From the NCBI GenBank assembly GCA_965240325.2, contig OZ251222.1, forward strand, positions 2,480,001 to 2,544,000: a DNA stretch of 64,000 bases, read 5' to 3'. The DNA is from Rebecca billardiae RCC1528. Lineage: Eukaryota > Protista > Haptophyta. Below the pieces are notes generated by a model, which saw only the letters and a list, made by a program, of their open reading frames with translations, did not search any database and was not told the DNA's origin. Positions 12,509 to 27,721 of this stretch are shown here, one piece after another (the first letter of the stretch is position 1; each line of letters begins with the position of its first letter). Made by a program: the position numbers and the translations under genes.

Positions 12509-13102
12509 ATGGTGAAGACACGCGGCGGCGTGAGCGTCTCGCCCATACCACCGAAGGCGAAATCGCCGAAGCTCCCGGAGAAGCCCAGCTCGAGCCGCCG
12601 GGTCGACCCTGGCCCGAGCGACGCGCCTAAAAAGGCACCAGGCGTCAGCCTGCCCTCGAAGAAGGAGATCGAGGACATCGGCCGCGGGGCGCAGGGCAAA
12701 CTGCTCCAGGCGTATCGCTTCCTGAACGCATTCGCCACGTTCGCGACCAACTCCGAGGACCTGAGGCTGGACCTCGCGAAGGCGAATGGGAAGCTCAAGG
12801 TGGAGAACAAGCGGCTGCAGGGGCGGATCAAGGATCTCGAGGAAGACCTGAAGGAGAAGGTCGAAGATATGTCGAAGCGGCAGCAGGTGCTGCGGCAGAA
12901 GGAGTCGGCGCTGTTCAAGCAGCATCGCGTGCAGGTGCCCGCGGGGCTGCCGCCGGCCAAGCCTGCGCACGCTGCCGCTGATTCGGACAGCGACAGCGAC
13001 GGCGATGGCGACCACGCGGACGGGGACGACGGGCCGCAGAGTCGCTCCCCGCGCAAGCAGCCGCCCCGCCGCGGCGCAGCCCACGCAGCTGAGCAGGAAG
13101 AT

Positions 13103-13134
<32 letters not shown>

Positions 13135-13159
13135 CGATGACGACGCGGAGCCGATGGCA

Positions 13160-13205
<46 letters not shown>

Positions 13206-13794
13206 GCGAGGACGAGAATGACTCGTCCTACAAGCAGGACGAGGAGGCGGCGGCGGCGGAGGAGGAGGACGACGAGGAGGAGGAGGAGAGCAGCGACGAC
13301 TCCGGGATCAAGCGCAAGCGCAAGGCGCCCGCGCGCATCAAGTCGCTGCCGGCCGTCGCCAAGACGCCGAAGTCGAAGGACGATCGGCCCTCCTTGAGGC
13401 AGCTGATGCAGCAGCGCACGCCCAACGCACGCATCGCCTTCACCATCGAGGAGAAGCGCTCGCTCGTGCGAGGCGTGAGCAAGCACGGATTTGGCAAGTG
13501 GAAGGACATCCGCTGGGACGCGCATCTCCACTTCAACGACGTCCGCACGTCGGTCGATCTCAAGGACTTGGTACGCGCGCACGCTCGGATGTGCGCCATC
13601 GCCCCCGCGTGCGGCCTCGGGATCTCCACCCTCGCGCCGCGAGCCGGCGTGCGCGTCACTTTGACCGTGCTGGCCCCGCCCCCGGCGCGCGTGCCCATGT
13701 TGCACAGTTCCGCAACATCGTCAAGAAGTACTACGGCGGCGACAAGGACGCGGTTCTCGAGGATCCGAGGGGGATGATGGTGGTCGACGACTGA
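12509..13794 (+). CDS. Single C-terminal Myb (TRF/telobox-like) protein with a coiled coil and an acidic tract (intron 13571-13707)
   Basis: After splicing it reads FTIEEKRSLVRGVSKHGFGKWKDI…RTSVDLKDL|FRN, which resembles the telobox RTxVDLKDKWRN. It has an NLS-like KRKRK and long Asp/Glu runs. Confidence 0.75.
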
Positions 13795-14118
13795 GTCGCG
13801 AGCTGGGCCAGCCAACTCTTCACCCGGGGTCATTCGAGCCTGTCCATCTCCATGGCGCCCGCCCGCCGCCAGCCCCCGGTCGCTCGCGATCTGAGCGCAG
13901 CGGTGACGGCGCGGCGCGGCCCGGCGGGCAGCCGCCTGCTGAGTGCTGGTAACACGCCGGGCTGCGATGCGCTGTTATATTTATTGCTGATACAATGGGC
14001 TTGTGGGATGCACATCGTGCACGGCTGTCTGCTCACGCGTCGGCCGTCGACGTGGGCTCAGGGCTGCCCGTGAGAATGAAGTCGGTCAGACTGCTACTAA
14101 TCTGCTATGAAGTAGTGA

Positions 14119-16198
<2,080 letters not shown>

Positions 16199-16949
16199 TC
16201 TGTCCGGTTCTGACACGGTTCGATGACAGCCAGGATGTGCAGACTCGATCTGGATCGCTACGCGAGTTCTGAGCCGTCGGCACCGTGACCGTCGACAGGC
16301 TGCCCGGCCCCGGGACGGTTCGCCGTCAGAGATCATGAGTCGTACTATATATATATATAGAATAGGCGTCATCATGGACATGCGGCGGAGATCGATCACA
16401 GACCCGAGTCCGAGACCGGACCCGCAGACCGCACGTCACTGCGTCACGCTGCTAGTGAAGCTGTACTTGCCTGCTGCGCCAAGTGAGCTGGTCTGCTGCC
16501 AGGGCCTCGTGTCGTCCGCGAATAACGGCGAAGTCGCGACGACGACGTCCGGTGACCGCGGACTCCGGCCGGTCTCCGACTCGGGCCGGGCCTCCGGCCC
16601 GGGACAAAATAATCTCGTCGTCTGGCGGCGCGGACTATTAACGAATGCGAATTCAGTAGACGACGATGAATAATCAGCAATATCATTATCAGAGACTGCC
16701 GCAATTAATAATTTATTTGCCGCAATACTGAGCAGTATACTCCGGTCCGCGTAGCAGCCGAGCTAGCTTAGTCAATTAGTATAGTATTATTATGATCGCA
16801 GATCGGCTACGCCGATCTTCGTTAGTAAACAGCAACGAAGTTGAGGGCGCACGGCCCTACCAGACCAGTGGTAGTTCAAGTATATATAATAAGTAGCACA
16901 GTGCCGGATTGGAATTTTCCGTGACCATTCGGACGGTCCGCTACTCCGT

Positions 16950-19000
16950 CAGCGAATCCCGTCTCGGCCGGACAGTGGAAGCTCGCCGCGGAGCGGGCGA
17001 CTTTGCGGCGACGGAGGACAAACGAGCGGGCTGCCTCGCTCGCGGCGCGACCTACTCCGCGAAGACCGACGAGGCTGCTCGCGGACCCGACTATGCGTCG
17101 ACGCGGGCTGGGGTCGTCTTCCGCGTGGCGCTGGGCAAGTTCCTCGCCGCCCTGACGGGTGCTCTCCTTTCGCCCTCACGGCGCGCGCGGTGCGAGCGCG
17201 CCGCGGCCCGCATGCGCCGCGCGCGGTTGCGCCCGAGCCTGATGCTTCAGTCGACACGGCAGGTGTGTCTTGTGGGGTGCAACTGTGTGCTGGTGCCGCT
17301 GGCGGTGCGTCTCACCCTTCTGAGTATCCGTGGGAGGCTGCTTGTATCCACGCGTACACCGCGCCACGCCCGCGGCGTGCCCGCGAACGCTCCGCGTCGC
17401 GCAGTTGACTTTGACCTCGAGCGAGCCGGGGGCGTGGAGGCGACCGACGGCGGGGTGCGACTTGCCCACCGACCCGAGCCGCATCACCCAGCGCAGCCTC
17501 GCCCGCGACGACGCTTCGCCTGGCTGCCACTGCTCAGCCGGCGTGCCCGGCGGACTCGGCGACGTCTTCAGCCGAGCGCGGCTGCAGCGCAGCACGCGAG
17601 AGGCTGGAGCGCCATGACGCGGATGGCGGAGCGGGCTTTGGGCTGGCTGGCATGAGCCGCCAGGCTGTACCGTCCGCGCAGATCGCGCTCGGCCCGGCCG
17701 CAGCCCTCCTGAGCGCGTGCCTCAGAGCTGAGACTGATCACGGACAGGGCGCACAGCACTACTGCCGTGGCTTTGTCGAGCCGCTGCGTGTGCCCGAGGC
17801 GCGGCGCTCGCACGGGCTACGCGGGCGCAGCGGGTGCGCGCAGCTGACGCACGCAGTGCCACGTCCTGCGGCGCCAGTTTGGCGGCCGTCCGCCACCCCG
17901 AGCTCGAGTTCTGCGCGCTTTGCGACGGCGCGGCCGGCCGCGCCCATCTTCCTGCTTGTTGGGCACGCCAGCATCTGAGCATGGCCGCCGGCGGGCCTGC
18001 TGCGCGCGCCGAAGCTGGAGGGCGGAGGAGGGCGCTGGGCTGCTCCTACGGCGTGCTGCAGCTCGGGCAGGCTCTAGCGCGGCGCGGCGAGGCCGTCGCG
18101 CCTGCTCGCCGCCGTCGAGTCGCCCGTGCTGCGTGACCGTCGGCCGCATGTGCTCGGCGGCACCGCAGGCAGGCGTCCCATACCAGTGTGCTCGAGCCGC
18201 TGCGCGCACCCAAGGCGAGCTGCTCGAGCGGGCTAGGTGGGCCCACGGAGTGCGCGCAGCTGGCGCACGCAGCCCCGCGTCATGGGGTGTCGGTTTGACG
18301 GTCGCCAGCCCCCGTGGGCTCGAGCGCTGTGCGCTTCACCGCGGAGGTGCCGGCGGCGCCCCGCTGCGCGCAACCGCGGGGCAGCATGGCCGCCGCCGGC
18401 GCCGCCGCACATGCCGCCGCTTACGGGCAGTCGAGAGCTTGGGGCAGCACCTACGGCATGCTGCAGCTCGGGCGGGCTCTTCCAGCCTGCTGTGGCGTGA
18501 TCGCGCATCTGCCAGACCGTCGACTTGCCCGCGCTGCAGATTTGTTTGCCGCGCGTGCTCGACGGCGCCGCTGCTGCCGCTGCGGCCGCGCGTTGCTGCG
18601 TCGCGAGCGAGCCCGATGCGAGCTGAACGGCGGCGTGCTCATCGCTGCTGGCACAGGTGGGCGCGTCATGGTGGCCACGCACGGTGCTGAGTGCTCGCGC
18701 GTGCCAGACGAGGCGCGTGCTCGCGCTGTGGCTCAATGTCCGGCAGTGCGTGTGGCATGCCGCTGCTGCTCGACAACACAGCCAGCGGGCAGCGAACGAG
18801 CGAGCCCGCGCCGCCGCGCAAGGGCTGGGCGACCGGCGCCGAGGTGGCGCGCACGTCGTCCGCAGCCGTTGGCGTCACGGCGGACGCTGCAAGCTCGTTC
18901 GGCCGGCGTGTTTTCTCCGACGCCCGCCTGCGTGCGCTGCCGGCACCGTGCTCGGGCGTCAGTGCCGGCGGGCCCGAGCACGCGTGGTGAGGCGCTCGGA
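16950..19000 (+). pseudogene. Probable decayed coding sequence or TE remnant with an internal duplication
   Basis: The region is GC-rich and gene-like but has no coherent ORF. A segment is duplicated at 17978-18075 and 18383-18480 (SMAA…YG[VM]LQLG[QR]AL). Confidence 0.3.
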
Positions 19001-19712
19001 GCGGTCGACGGCCATGATCGGGCAGCGCACGGTGGGCGCAGGCCACGCGCACGCCAGCGCCCCGCGTGGCGTGGCTTCACGAGGCGCAGCCGCCAGGAGA
19101 CTGTGCTGCCGCGAGCTCGGGCGCGCTCGGGCGCCGTTGCTCTGCATTTTCCGAAAAAATCGGGGTTCGTGACCTCGACCGGTGGCATGCCGCCGGGGTG
19201 GCCGCAGCTGCACTCGGAGCAGCGCGCACGGGCACCGCCGTGCGCGCCCGCCCGCTTTCGCCGCCGCCGAGCTCGACCACAGCGCTGCGCGGGGCTGCGT
19301 AGTGCCAACGGCACCTGCTTTTTTGCCCGCGCCGAGCGCGCGTCGGCGCGCGCAGCGCGCTCAGGCGTGGCCTGCTACCAAGCTCTGTGCCACGATTCGA
19401 CGCGCCTATGGTGCGCCGAATTTAGGCGCGCCGCTTCAGAATTTTTCGATGACTCGACTAGTGGTGCGGACAGCTAAATGGGGCAAGTTGGGTCGTTTTC
19501 TTGCACTGTGAGTTGTCGCAGTTGTCGCGTTCTTCACTATTGACTATACCGAATCACAATGCGCGCGCATTACTTATAACATAATCAGTAGAAGTTCATT
19601 TAAAAGTAATTAATACTGCTTTAGTGTAACTGTAGTAAACTGACCGCCCGCCAAGGGGCATCAACGCGAACGAATTCCTCAGAGGCGTCACGTATGCACG
19701 ATTTCACACCCC

Positions 19713-22700
19713 TCAGCTGATGACGCATGCGCTCGACTTGACCGTCATCTCTGCCGCCGGCTTGCCCGGCTGCGCGCCCTGCTGCTGCAAGTACGCAGCG
19801 AGCTTAGGGTGCTTCGCCGCCTCGTCCAGTGGCGTGTGCCCCCACTTGTCCTGCGGGCTGGCGTCAGCTCGCGCCTCCTCGAGCAGGAACTGGGCCGCGG
19901 CCATCTGCCCAGCTGCCGCGGCGAGGTGGAGCGGCGTTCTTGCGTCAAAGTTGCCGCGGCCGGCGAGCGCCATGCCGTGCGTCTGCGCCAGGTCGTTCAT
20001 CGTGTCGACCCTGCCGCGGTAGGCGGCCGAGCACATGGCCGCGATGGCCGCGTCGCCCTCCGCCTTCACGTCCGTCACGTGCGCGCTCTTCCCGCCGCGC
20101 TTCTGCAGGAACTCGGCGACGCGCGTGTGCTTCTCGCGCACCGCGTCGTCGTACGCGCTGTTGCCCCACCGGTCGACCGCGTCCACCTCCGCGCTCGCCT
20201 CGTCGACGAGGTACATGACGGCCTCGAGCTGCCCCTCGGACGCGGCGAGGTGCAGCGGCGTGCGCTTGTCGTAGTCCGCGCGGACGAGCCCGTCCTCCTC
20301 CTCGCCGTCGGAGATGAGGTTCGCGCGCGAGACGAGCTCCTTGAGCTGCTCCACCTTGCCGCCTGCCGCGGCCGAGCACATCATCGCTGCGTGCACGTCA
20401 CGGCGCAGCTGCCGCGGCGCCGCCGCCGCCGGGCCGCTGGCCGCGCCGTTCCGGCGGGCGGCGCCGGCGGCGGCCTTCATCGCCTCGTCGTCGGCGTGGA
20501 TCACCGCGTCCAGGATCGACACGCGCTTCTTCCCCTTCGTCGCGCCCTTCTTGATCAGGTACTCGACGACGGCCTTGTGGTCGTGCCGCGCGGCGTCGTC
20601 CACGGGTGTGTTGGACCAGCGGTCGACGGGGCTCACCTCCGCGCCCGCCTCGTCGACGAGGAACTTGACGACGGGCAGCAGCCCCTCCGAGGCGGCGACG
20701 TGGAGCGCGGTGCGCTTGTCGTAGTCCCCCGCGTTCACGCTCACGCCCTGCGCGAGGTACTTGCGCATCTTCTCCACGTCGGACTTGACGGCCATGTCAA
20801 TCAGGTCGCCGACGGTCGCGTCCATCCGCGTGCCGCGCGTCGCGCCCGCCTTGGTCAGGTAATCGACGACGGCGTCGTGCTTGTGCCGCACCGCGTCGTC
20901 GAGCGGCGTGCCGCCCCAGCGGTCGACCGGGCTGAGCTCGGCCTTGCCCTCCTTCACGAGCAGCTTCACCATCTCGAGGATGCCCTCCGAGGCGGCGAGG
21001 TGGAGCGCGGTGCGCTTGTCGTAGTCGCCCTGGTCCACGTCCGCTCCCTGCGAGATGAGCACGCGGATCGCGGTCACGTTGCCCTGCGACGCGGCGTCGC
21101 ACATGTTCATCGACTGGTTCTTGGTCTTGGAGTCGTCGAGCAGCTTCATCGCGGGGAAGCCGCCGTTCGCCTGCAGGTACGCCACGACGCGCTTCGCCTT
21201 GGAGCGGATCGCGTCGTCGAGCGGCGTGCCGCCCCAGCGGTCGACCGGGTTGATCGACGCCTGCGCCTCTTCGACGAGAAACTCGACGACGGCAAACAGC
21301 CCCTCGGACGCGGCGAGGTGGAGCGCCGTGCGCCGGTCGTAATCGCCCTCGTCCACCTTCACGCTCGGGTCCTTGAGGATGCGCCGCATCTCGTCGAGGT
21401 CGCCCTTCGCCGCGGCCTCGATGAGCGCGCCCGTCGCCGTCTCCTTGCTGCGCTGCGTCTCGCTCTGCGACGCGCCGCCCGGCTCGGCGCCGTGCGTGCG
21501 CAAGAACTGCTCGACGTCGTCGTGGTTGGAGCGCGCGGCGTCGTCGACCGGCGTGTTGCCCCAGCGGTCGACCGGCGAGACCTCGCACTTGGCCTCCTCC
21601 ACGAGGAACTTGACCACCTCGAGCAGCCCCTCGGACGCGGCGAGGTGGATGGCGGTGCGCTTGTCGTAGTCGCCCACCGAGAGGTCGAGCCCGTCCTCGT
21701 GCATCGAGCGCAGCGTGTCGAGGTCGCCCTTGGACGCGGCCTCGCACACCTCCGCCGAGGCGTTGGCGTTGGAGACGCTGCCCGACGAGATCCGCCGGGC
21801 CATGCCCTTGCCCTTCGTCGCATGCTTCGTCAGCAGGTACTCGACGACAGCCTTCTCCTTGGAGCGGATCGCGTCGTCGAGCGGCGTGCCGCCCCAGCGG
21901 TCGACCGGCGACACGTCAGCACCGCAGTCCTCGATCAGAAAGCTCACCACCTCGAGCAGCCCCTCCGACGCGGCGAGGTGGAGCGCGGTGCGCTTGTCGT
22001 AGTCGCCCTCGTCCACCGGCGTGCCCTCGTCGATCAGCTTCTTCAGCTGCGCCAGGTCCGAGTGCGCCGCGGCCTCGCACAGCGCCGCGCTCGCCGCGTA
22101 CCGAGATTGAATCTCAGACTCGTCCTCGCCCACATACATGCCAAACTCCTCGTCGAGCATCACCGCCTCGCGCGCGGCGACGCCCTTGCCGCGGCCGTCG
22201 CCGCCCGCGGTGCCGCCCACGAGCGCGCGCGCGCCGAGCAGCGGCTTGAGCGGCGCCTCGAGCTCGCGCGAGTACAGCATGTCCCAGTCAAGGCCTGCGC
22301 GCGGCCGCGGCCGGCCGGCAATGGCGTGGCGTGGCGTGCGCGCGCGTCAGCCGGCGACGCGCGCGCGCGGCGCGGGCTCGGGCGCGCGGCGAGCCGCGTG
22401 GGCCCAGGTCGGGCGCGGCGGCGGCGGCGGCGGCGGCGGCGGGCGGGCATGGCGCGGCGCCTGTCACGCCGCGCGCCGTCCGCGCACGCACCCGTGAAGA
22501 AGGGGTGGCGCTTGAGCTCGTCAAAGCCGTCGGCGCCGCAGCACATCCGCTTCTCGATTGGCACGGTGAGCAGCCGGCGGATCAGGTCGGCGGCGGGCTT
22601 GGAGAGCGCGCTGCGCGGGGGTGCGCGGTGAGCGGCGGCGGGAGTCGCATGCGCTCAGCGCCGACTCGAAGACGATGCGCGCGCGCACGCGCGCGCTCGG

Positions 22701-23848
22701 CCAGGCGAGGGCGAGCGCGTGCGTGCGCGCGAGAGGCGGCATGCTGCGCGCCTCGCCGCGCGCGCGTATCGCGCCGGCGCGCGCACGCACCGAGGCAGCG
22801 GCTTGAGGTGCGTGCCCTTCTGGAACGACTCGACGCGCGCCGCCATGTTGTCATCGTCCAGCCCGATGAGCGGCAAGTCCCCCGTCACCATCTCGCAGAA
22901 CAGCAGGCCGAGCGCCCACCAGTCCACCGACGTGCCGTAGCCCTCGTCCAGGAACATCTCGGGCGCAGAGAAGGCCATCGTCCCGATCATCGTGTTGAGT
23001 CGGCCGCGCTTGCCGCCCGGGCCGCCGGTGTGCAGCTTCTTCGCGAGGCCAAAGTCGGCCAGCTTGAGGTGGCCATCGTGCCCGACCAGGATGTTCTCGG
23101 GCTGCCCCGTTCCAAGCCGCGCGCGACGCGCGCGGGGGCGGGCGTGGTCGAATCAGCGCACAGCGCACGCGAGCAGCTGCGACCGTGCGGGCGCCCGTGG
23201 CGTGCGCGCGCATCCCCGCCCGTTTACACTGCCCCGCCCCCGCCTCTCCTCCTCTCCCCCCCCCGCGCGCAGCCCAGCGCACCCTGGCTCCCGCGCCCCG
23301 CGCCCTGCACGGGGCGCCCTGGCCCCCGCGGCCGCGCGCACCTTGAGGTCGCGGTAGACAAAGTCGTTCTCATGCACGTGGTTGATGGCGAGCGCGATCT
23401 CCGCGACGTACATGCGCGCCCACTCCTCGGAGAAGGTGCGCTGCTCGAGGTGGGAGTACAGGTCGCCACCGCCCACGAACTCCAGCACGAAGTACACGTG
23501 CTCCGCGTCCTGGAAGGCGAAGTGAAGCGTCACGATGAACGGGTGCTTGATCTCCTGCATGGCGGCGCGCTCCGAGATGGCCCGGCGCGCGTCGCCCGAG
23601 CGGCGCATGTTGCGCTTGACGAGGACCTTGAGCGCGTAGAGCTTCCCCGAAGTCTTCTTTCGCACCAGCAGCACCGTGCCGAAGCCGCCTTCGCCGATCT
23701 TGGAGAGCACCTCGAAGTCCGTGATCGAGAGAGACTGGTCGGCCTTAACCACGCCCGCCCATGTCGAGCCGCCCGACACGGATCCCTCGTCCATGGCACT
23801 GGTCGCGATGGAACCACCCGTGTCGAGCCGACCACTTCGGAGTGCCAT
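19713..23848 (-). CDS. AGC-family Ser/Thr kinase fused to about 21 ankyrin repeats, ending in a CaaX box (introns 23102-23341, 22611-22790, 22295-22491)
   Basis: Kinase motifs IGEGGFGTV, YALK, HPFIVTLHFAFQ, YRDLK|PENIL, DFG, APE, DWWALG and LKRHPFF..DW are present. They splice in frame into seven DYDKRTALHLAASEG/DRWGxTP modules. The C-terminus is CVIS*. Confidence 0.9.
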
Positions 23849-25514
23849 CGCGCTGGCCGGGTGACCCCACCTGCCAAGGCACACCCCGCGGCCCTCGGCA
23901 GCGTCCGCGTGGAGCGGCGAATAGCAGGGGAAACAGCGCCCGTGCGGGCCGAGCTCTCAATCTCCGAAGGTCCTCGGTTTGGTGTAACGAGACGTCGTAA
24001 TCGTTATCATATCCACGACTGCTGTATGATGGGGGCGATATGTTTCTGTGCGACCAATCAAGGCCCTTGGACCAATTTGATCAGACAATACGGCCCTTGG
24101 ATCAGGGAGCGTTCGTCACACAACTTTTATATCTCCAGGCAGATCAGAGATATTCAGGCGGTTGCATAGTTGCATCTTCCCGTTCGCCACCGGTGTCTTT
24201 AAATCATAGAATTGGTCCGGGGTGGTCCCAGACAAGGGCCCGACGTTACAACCGGCCACTATAGGGGTACTGGATAACGTCTTTTTATGTCGAGACCGAG
24301 CGCACGCATGTCGGCATGACGACTCGTCGTAGTCAGTTCGACGAGGGCCTGCCCGCAGCTCCCTGTCAGGCGCCTAGATTGCCCACGAGGCCACGAGACC
24401 AGTCTCTTCCAGTATCCTCTTTGTTGGCATAGCGGACTTCGGACCGAGTCGCCTGTCATTGCCTGACCGCACCTCGGGGGAGACATGTGTCGTGCACAGT
24501 GCCCGCGCCGGTAGCCATTCGCAGCTGTGTGCGAGTCGGCCGAAGCAACGCGTCCCTGCTTCAGAGCGGGCTTCGCGAGCGGCGTTGTTCCGATCCCGGA
24601 CGAATTCTATGATTCAACGACACAGGTAGGACGGCGCATGTCTCCTGATTCGTCGGCGGCAGTGCCCGATCTTCGACAAGGCGACGTTGGTGGCAGAGCA
24701 CCGCCCGCGCTTCAGCGGCTGCAGCGCGATCCACCTGCGCTGCGCGAGAGTCCCAGATTGATCATAATGGGAGGTTTGCGCATCAGCGCATCGGGGCGTG
24801 CGGCTGCCCGCCGACCGCGTAGCGCACGATGCTCTGCAGCGAGGCTGTGCCGAGAGGTCCATCCAGTTCCTGATCGATCTGACGTCAGTCAGGGGCAGTT
24901 CGGGGCGTCGAGGCAACGCGCTGAGTCGCTGACGGCGGGTGAGCAACGACGTCTATGGACTGATCGGAGGACTTGCAGGCCGTCCGCGGTCCGCCGCAAC
25001 CAGGTGGTGGGTGGGCAGTGACCATGACGCGGCCGTGGCGGCGATCTCACAGCCGTGCAGGCGGCGGAGGGGAGGGTGGCAGCTCGAAAGCAGGCGCACC
25101 TAAGACTGTTGTCACGTGGATGGCGTCGGCGCTGGGTTGAACCACTCAGTCTGTGGGGGGCAGAAGATGGCTGCCTCAGGCTGCTCCTCGCCGCGCTGAA
25201 TTCTTGGCCAGTGGGCCGTATACTAGACGGAATGACCGGTGTCGGTGACTTAGCGGCGGCTCTGCCACAGTCTGGGAAGGACAGGAGAATCTGGGAACGG
25301 GGGCAAATGCCGGATGCTGGACTGCTGGAGTTCGAGGAGAGCCCGTCTGTGAGCACCTGCTCTCGGGGCGCCACCACCGCCGAAGACACACTCAGCCATC
25401 ATGCTATTGCTAATATCACTCGTTACTCACTCCGCGACACCATCGCCACGTACTCGTTGTAAAACTGTACTCGGAAGGAATTCGCAATGAACTGCCGTGC
25501 GCTAGTACGTATGG

Positions 25515-25675
25515 CGGGCCTGACGACGTCGACGACGACTACAACAACATCAACCCTGGCGACCAACATCAACGTGCTCACACCACTGCCACTGCTGCAA
25601 GCTTCGACCAGTACCGAGACAGACGAATCAGGAGAGCTGCGCCCTCGTGCCTGTGTCTTTACATCATAGAATTAG
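25515..25675 (+). repeat. Dispersed repeat family copy A (5'-truncated)
   Basis: Shares …CAGACGAATCAGGAGAGCTG(C/T)GCCCTCGTGCCTGTGTCTTTA(A/C)ATCATAGAATTAG with the copies at 25710-25976 and 47525-47865. Confidence 0.8.
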
Positions 25676-25709
25676 TATGATAACAGTGTCAACGGTATTA
25701 ACTACCGCA

Positions 25710-25976
25710 TCATCATCCACCTGCTGTTGACCAAGTGCGTAGGCGACACCCTCGACGACACCAACATGCTCACCAGTCTTTGCCTTGCTACCTACTTCCT
25801 GCCGGGCCGGACGACGTCGACGACGACAACTACAATGACATCATTCATCAACCCTGGCGACAAACCGTCAACTCAACGTGCTCACACCACCACTTCCTCA
25901 AGCTTCGACCAGTTCCACGACAGACGAATCAGGAGAGCTGTGCCCTCGTGCCTGTGTCTTTAAATCATAGAATTAG
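25710..25976 (+). repeat. Dispersed repeat family copy B
   Basis: Same 3' end as copy A, with a longer 5' part that aligns to the reverse complement of 47525-47790. Confidence 0.8.
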
Positions 25977-26578
25977 TATGGGTACTACAACAACTGCTCA
26001 GAGTTGACGCCGCTGCCAGCCGCGCTGCGGTGGCTACGGCTGCCGCCGCGCGCGGCGTCAGAAGATAATAATAATATCACTTATCTTTATTCTTCACTTG
26101 CCGTTGCGAAGTGCGGAAGATCGAGATGATGATTTTGGCGTCAGTGAACATCGTCGCGAGTCACAATTTACCTTTACTGGACAAGACTCTCAGGACGTTT
26201 GGCGCCCGGCACTACTAGCTAGGCGGGTCCCAGCGTCCCGCTAAGGCTCGCGTCGAAGGCCCCGACCGATGGACCGTCTGAGCCGCCCGCGCGCAGGCGC
26301 GGCGGCGGACCGGCGGCCGGCGCCACGGCTCAGCCGCACCGGGCCCGCCGTGGCAGGCTGCCATTGACCCAGTCTCTGCTTGCTGCTGCTTTCACATGCC
26401 ACTACGCGTACACATATGGTCTACATCCGATGTGAATCATGAAATGAACGTTTAGGCTGTGACCGTGAGCGGTTCTAAGGTCGGCGGCCTGCCGTCAGTG
26501 CGCGTAAAATACGTCCCGTCAATACCGCAGTACGGTGTCGCACCCGCCATGACTCCGACGGGCGGCTTGGAGGCTGGC

Positions 26579-27244
26579 TCAAAACTGGCGCACTGCCACC
26601 ATTGTCGGCATGGCTGGGTGGGGGAGAACGGCAGGATGCACGGTCCAGCCGGCGTTCGACGGCGGCTGCGAGTGGGGAGCGAACTGCCCGAGCGGGTGCC
26701 ACTGCTGGTAGACGAGCATGTTGCCTGCCTGGTATGGCGATGGGCCGGAGAAAGGAAGGGGGGCGTGCGATGCGCCCATGAAGGAGGCCGGTGCTGGCTG
26801 CGGAATCGACGGGAAGCTGTGTGCGGGGCCGGTGGGTGATGTGCCCTGAGCCACCGTCAGCAATGCAGCAGGAGGCGGGGTCATCATCATCATGCCACCA
26901 GGATGCGACGACACACGCTGGCGCTTGTGGAGGTTTGAGTGGAAGAGGCCATCGCGCACGGCGAGCGCGCATGTGTGCCCCTTCTTGCGCTGACCGCACT
27001 TGCTGCAGCGATAGCTGTCGCCCACGGCCTTGCGCGCCCTCCTCACGTACGGCACCATCACCTCCGTCGAGTCGTCTGAGAGCAGCGAAGTTGCCGGCGA
27101 TGGGAACGAAGTGGGCACGGGGGAGGGAGGCGAAGGAGGAGTTCCGGGTGGAGAAGGTGAGCTGTATCCACTCGCTGCAAGCAGCGCCTCGGCCGCCTCG
27201 AGCTCGAGTGCGCTGCGCGACGGTGCGGGAATCGAGGTCGTCAT
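26579..27244 (-). CDS. Low-complexity protein with a YxCxxCGxxKKGHxC zinc-knuckle motif (putative nucleic-acid-binding regulator)
   Basis: ATG-initiated 221-aa ORF with YRCSKCGQRKKGHTC, Ser/Pro-rich flanks and an EAAEALL motif. Confidence 0.65.
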   Translation of the reverse strand: MTTSIPAPSRSALELEAAEALLAASGYSSPSPPGTPPSPPSPVPTSFPSPATSLLSDDSTEVMVPYVRRARKAVGDSYRCSKCGQRKKGHTCALAVRDGLFHSNLHKRQRVSSHPGGMMMMTPPPAALLTVAQGTSPTGPAHSFPSIPQPAPASFMGASHAPLPFSGPSPYQAGNMLVYQQWHPLGQFAPHSQPPSNAGWTVHPAVLPHPAMPTMVAVRQF

Positions 27245-27721
27245 GTGTTGTAGTGTGTGTTGATGAGCTGGAAGGGGGTACAGTATCCACCTCGAGTTCG
27301 AGCTTCTCTCGGGTTGTGCGGCTTGATGCAGTCCCGGCGTCCCGGTGTGGGTGCTGCGGTGCCTTCCAACATCGGTCGATTTCGTCAGGTGAGTGAAGAT
27401 GCGTTTTCGTCAATTCTGGTGATCCAGTCCTCCCATCAACCTTGAATATGAGCTGGCAACACAACGCCGGGTATCCTAGGGTAGGTAGGGATCCGGCCGA
27501 GAGAGCGAGGAGCTTCTATATATATATATGATTCTCCTGGGTTATCAGTGCATAGGAAAACATACGTAAACGATTAATACTGTATTCGCTCAATTGGTGA
27601 ATCGGAGGCTCGGAGGACCTTGGATTAATAATGTTCATGATCAGGGTGGGCAGCACTCTCGCGCGTCGTTGATTATCATATGACAAAGTTGGGGTATCTT
27701 CTATTATAAACCGCGGCAGGC

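Noticed and set aside
19809-22631. 940-aa plus-strand ORF, and similar long antisense or alternate-frame ORFs (33418-36330, 50966-53122, 51020-53329, 22331-24169)
   Set aside because: Shadow ORFs of real genes caused by extreme GC3 bias. They are Arg/Ala-rich with no motifs.
24260-25460. Possible decayed retroelement ORF beside the repeat copies
   Set aside because: No RT, RNase H or integrase motifs recognisable in any frame.
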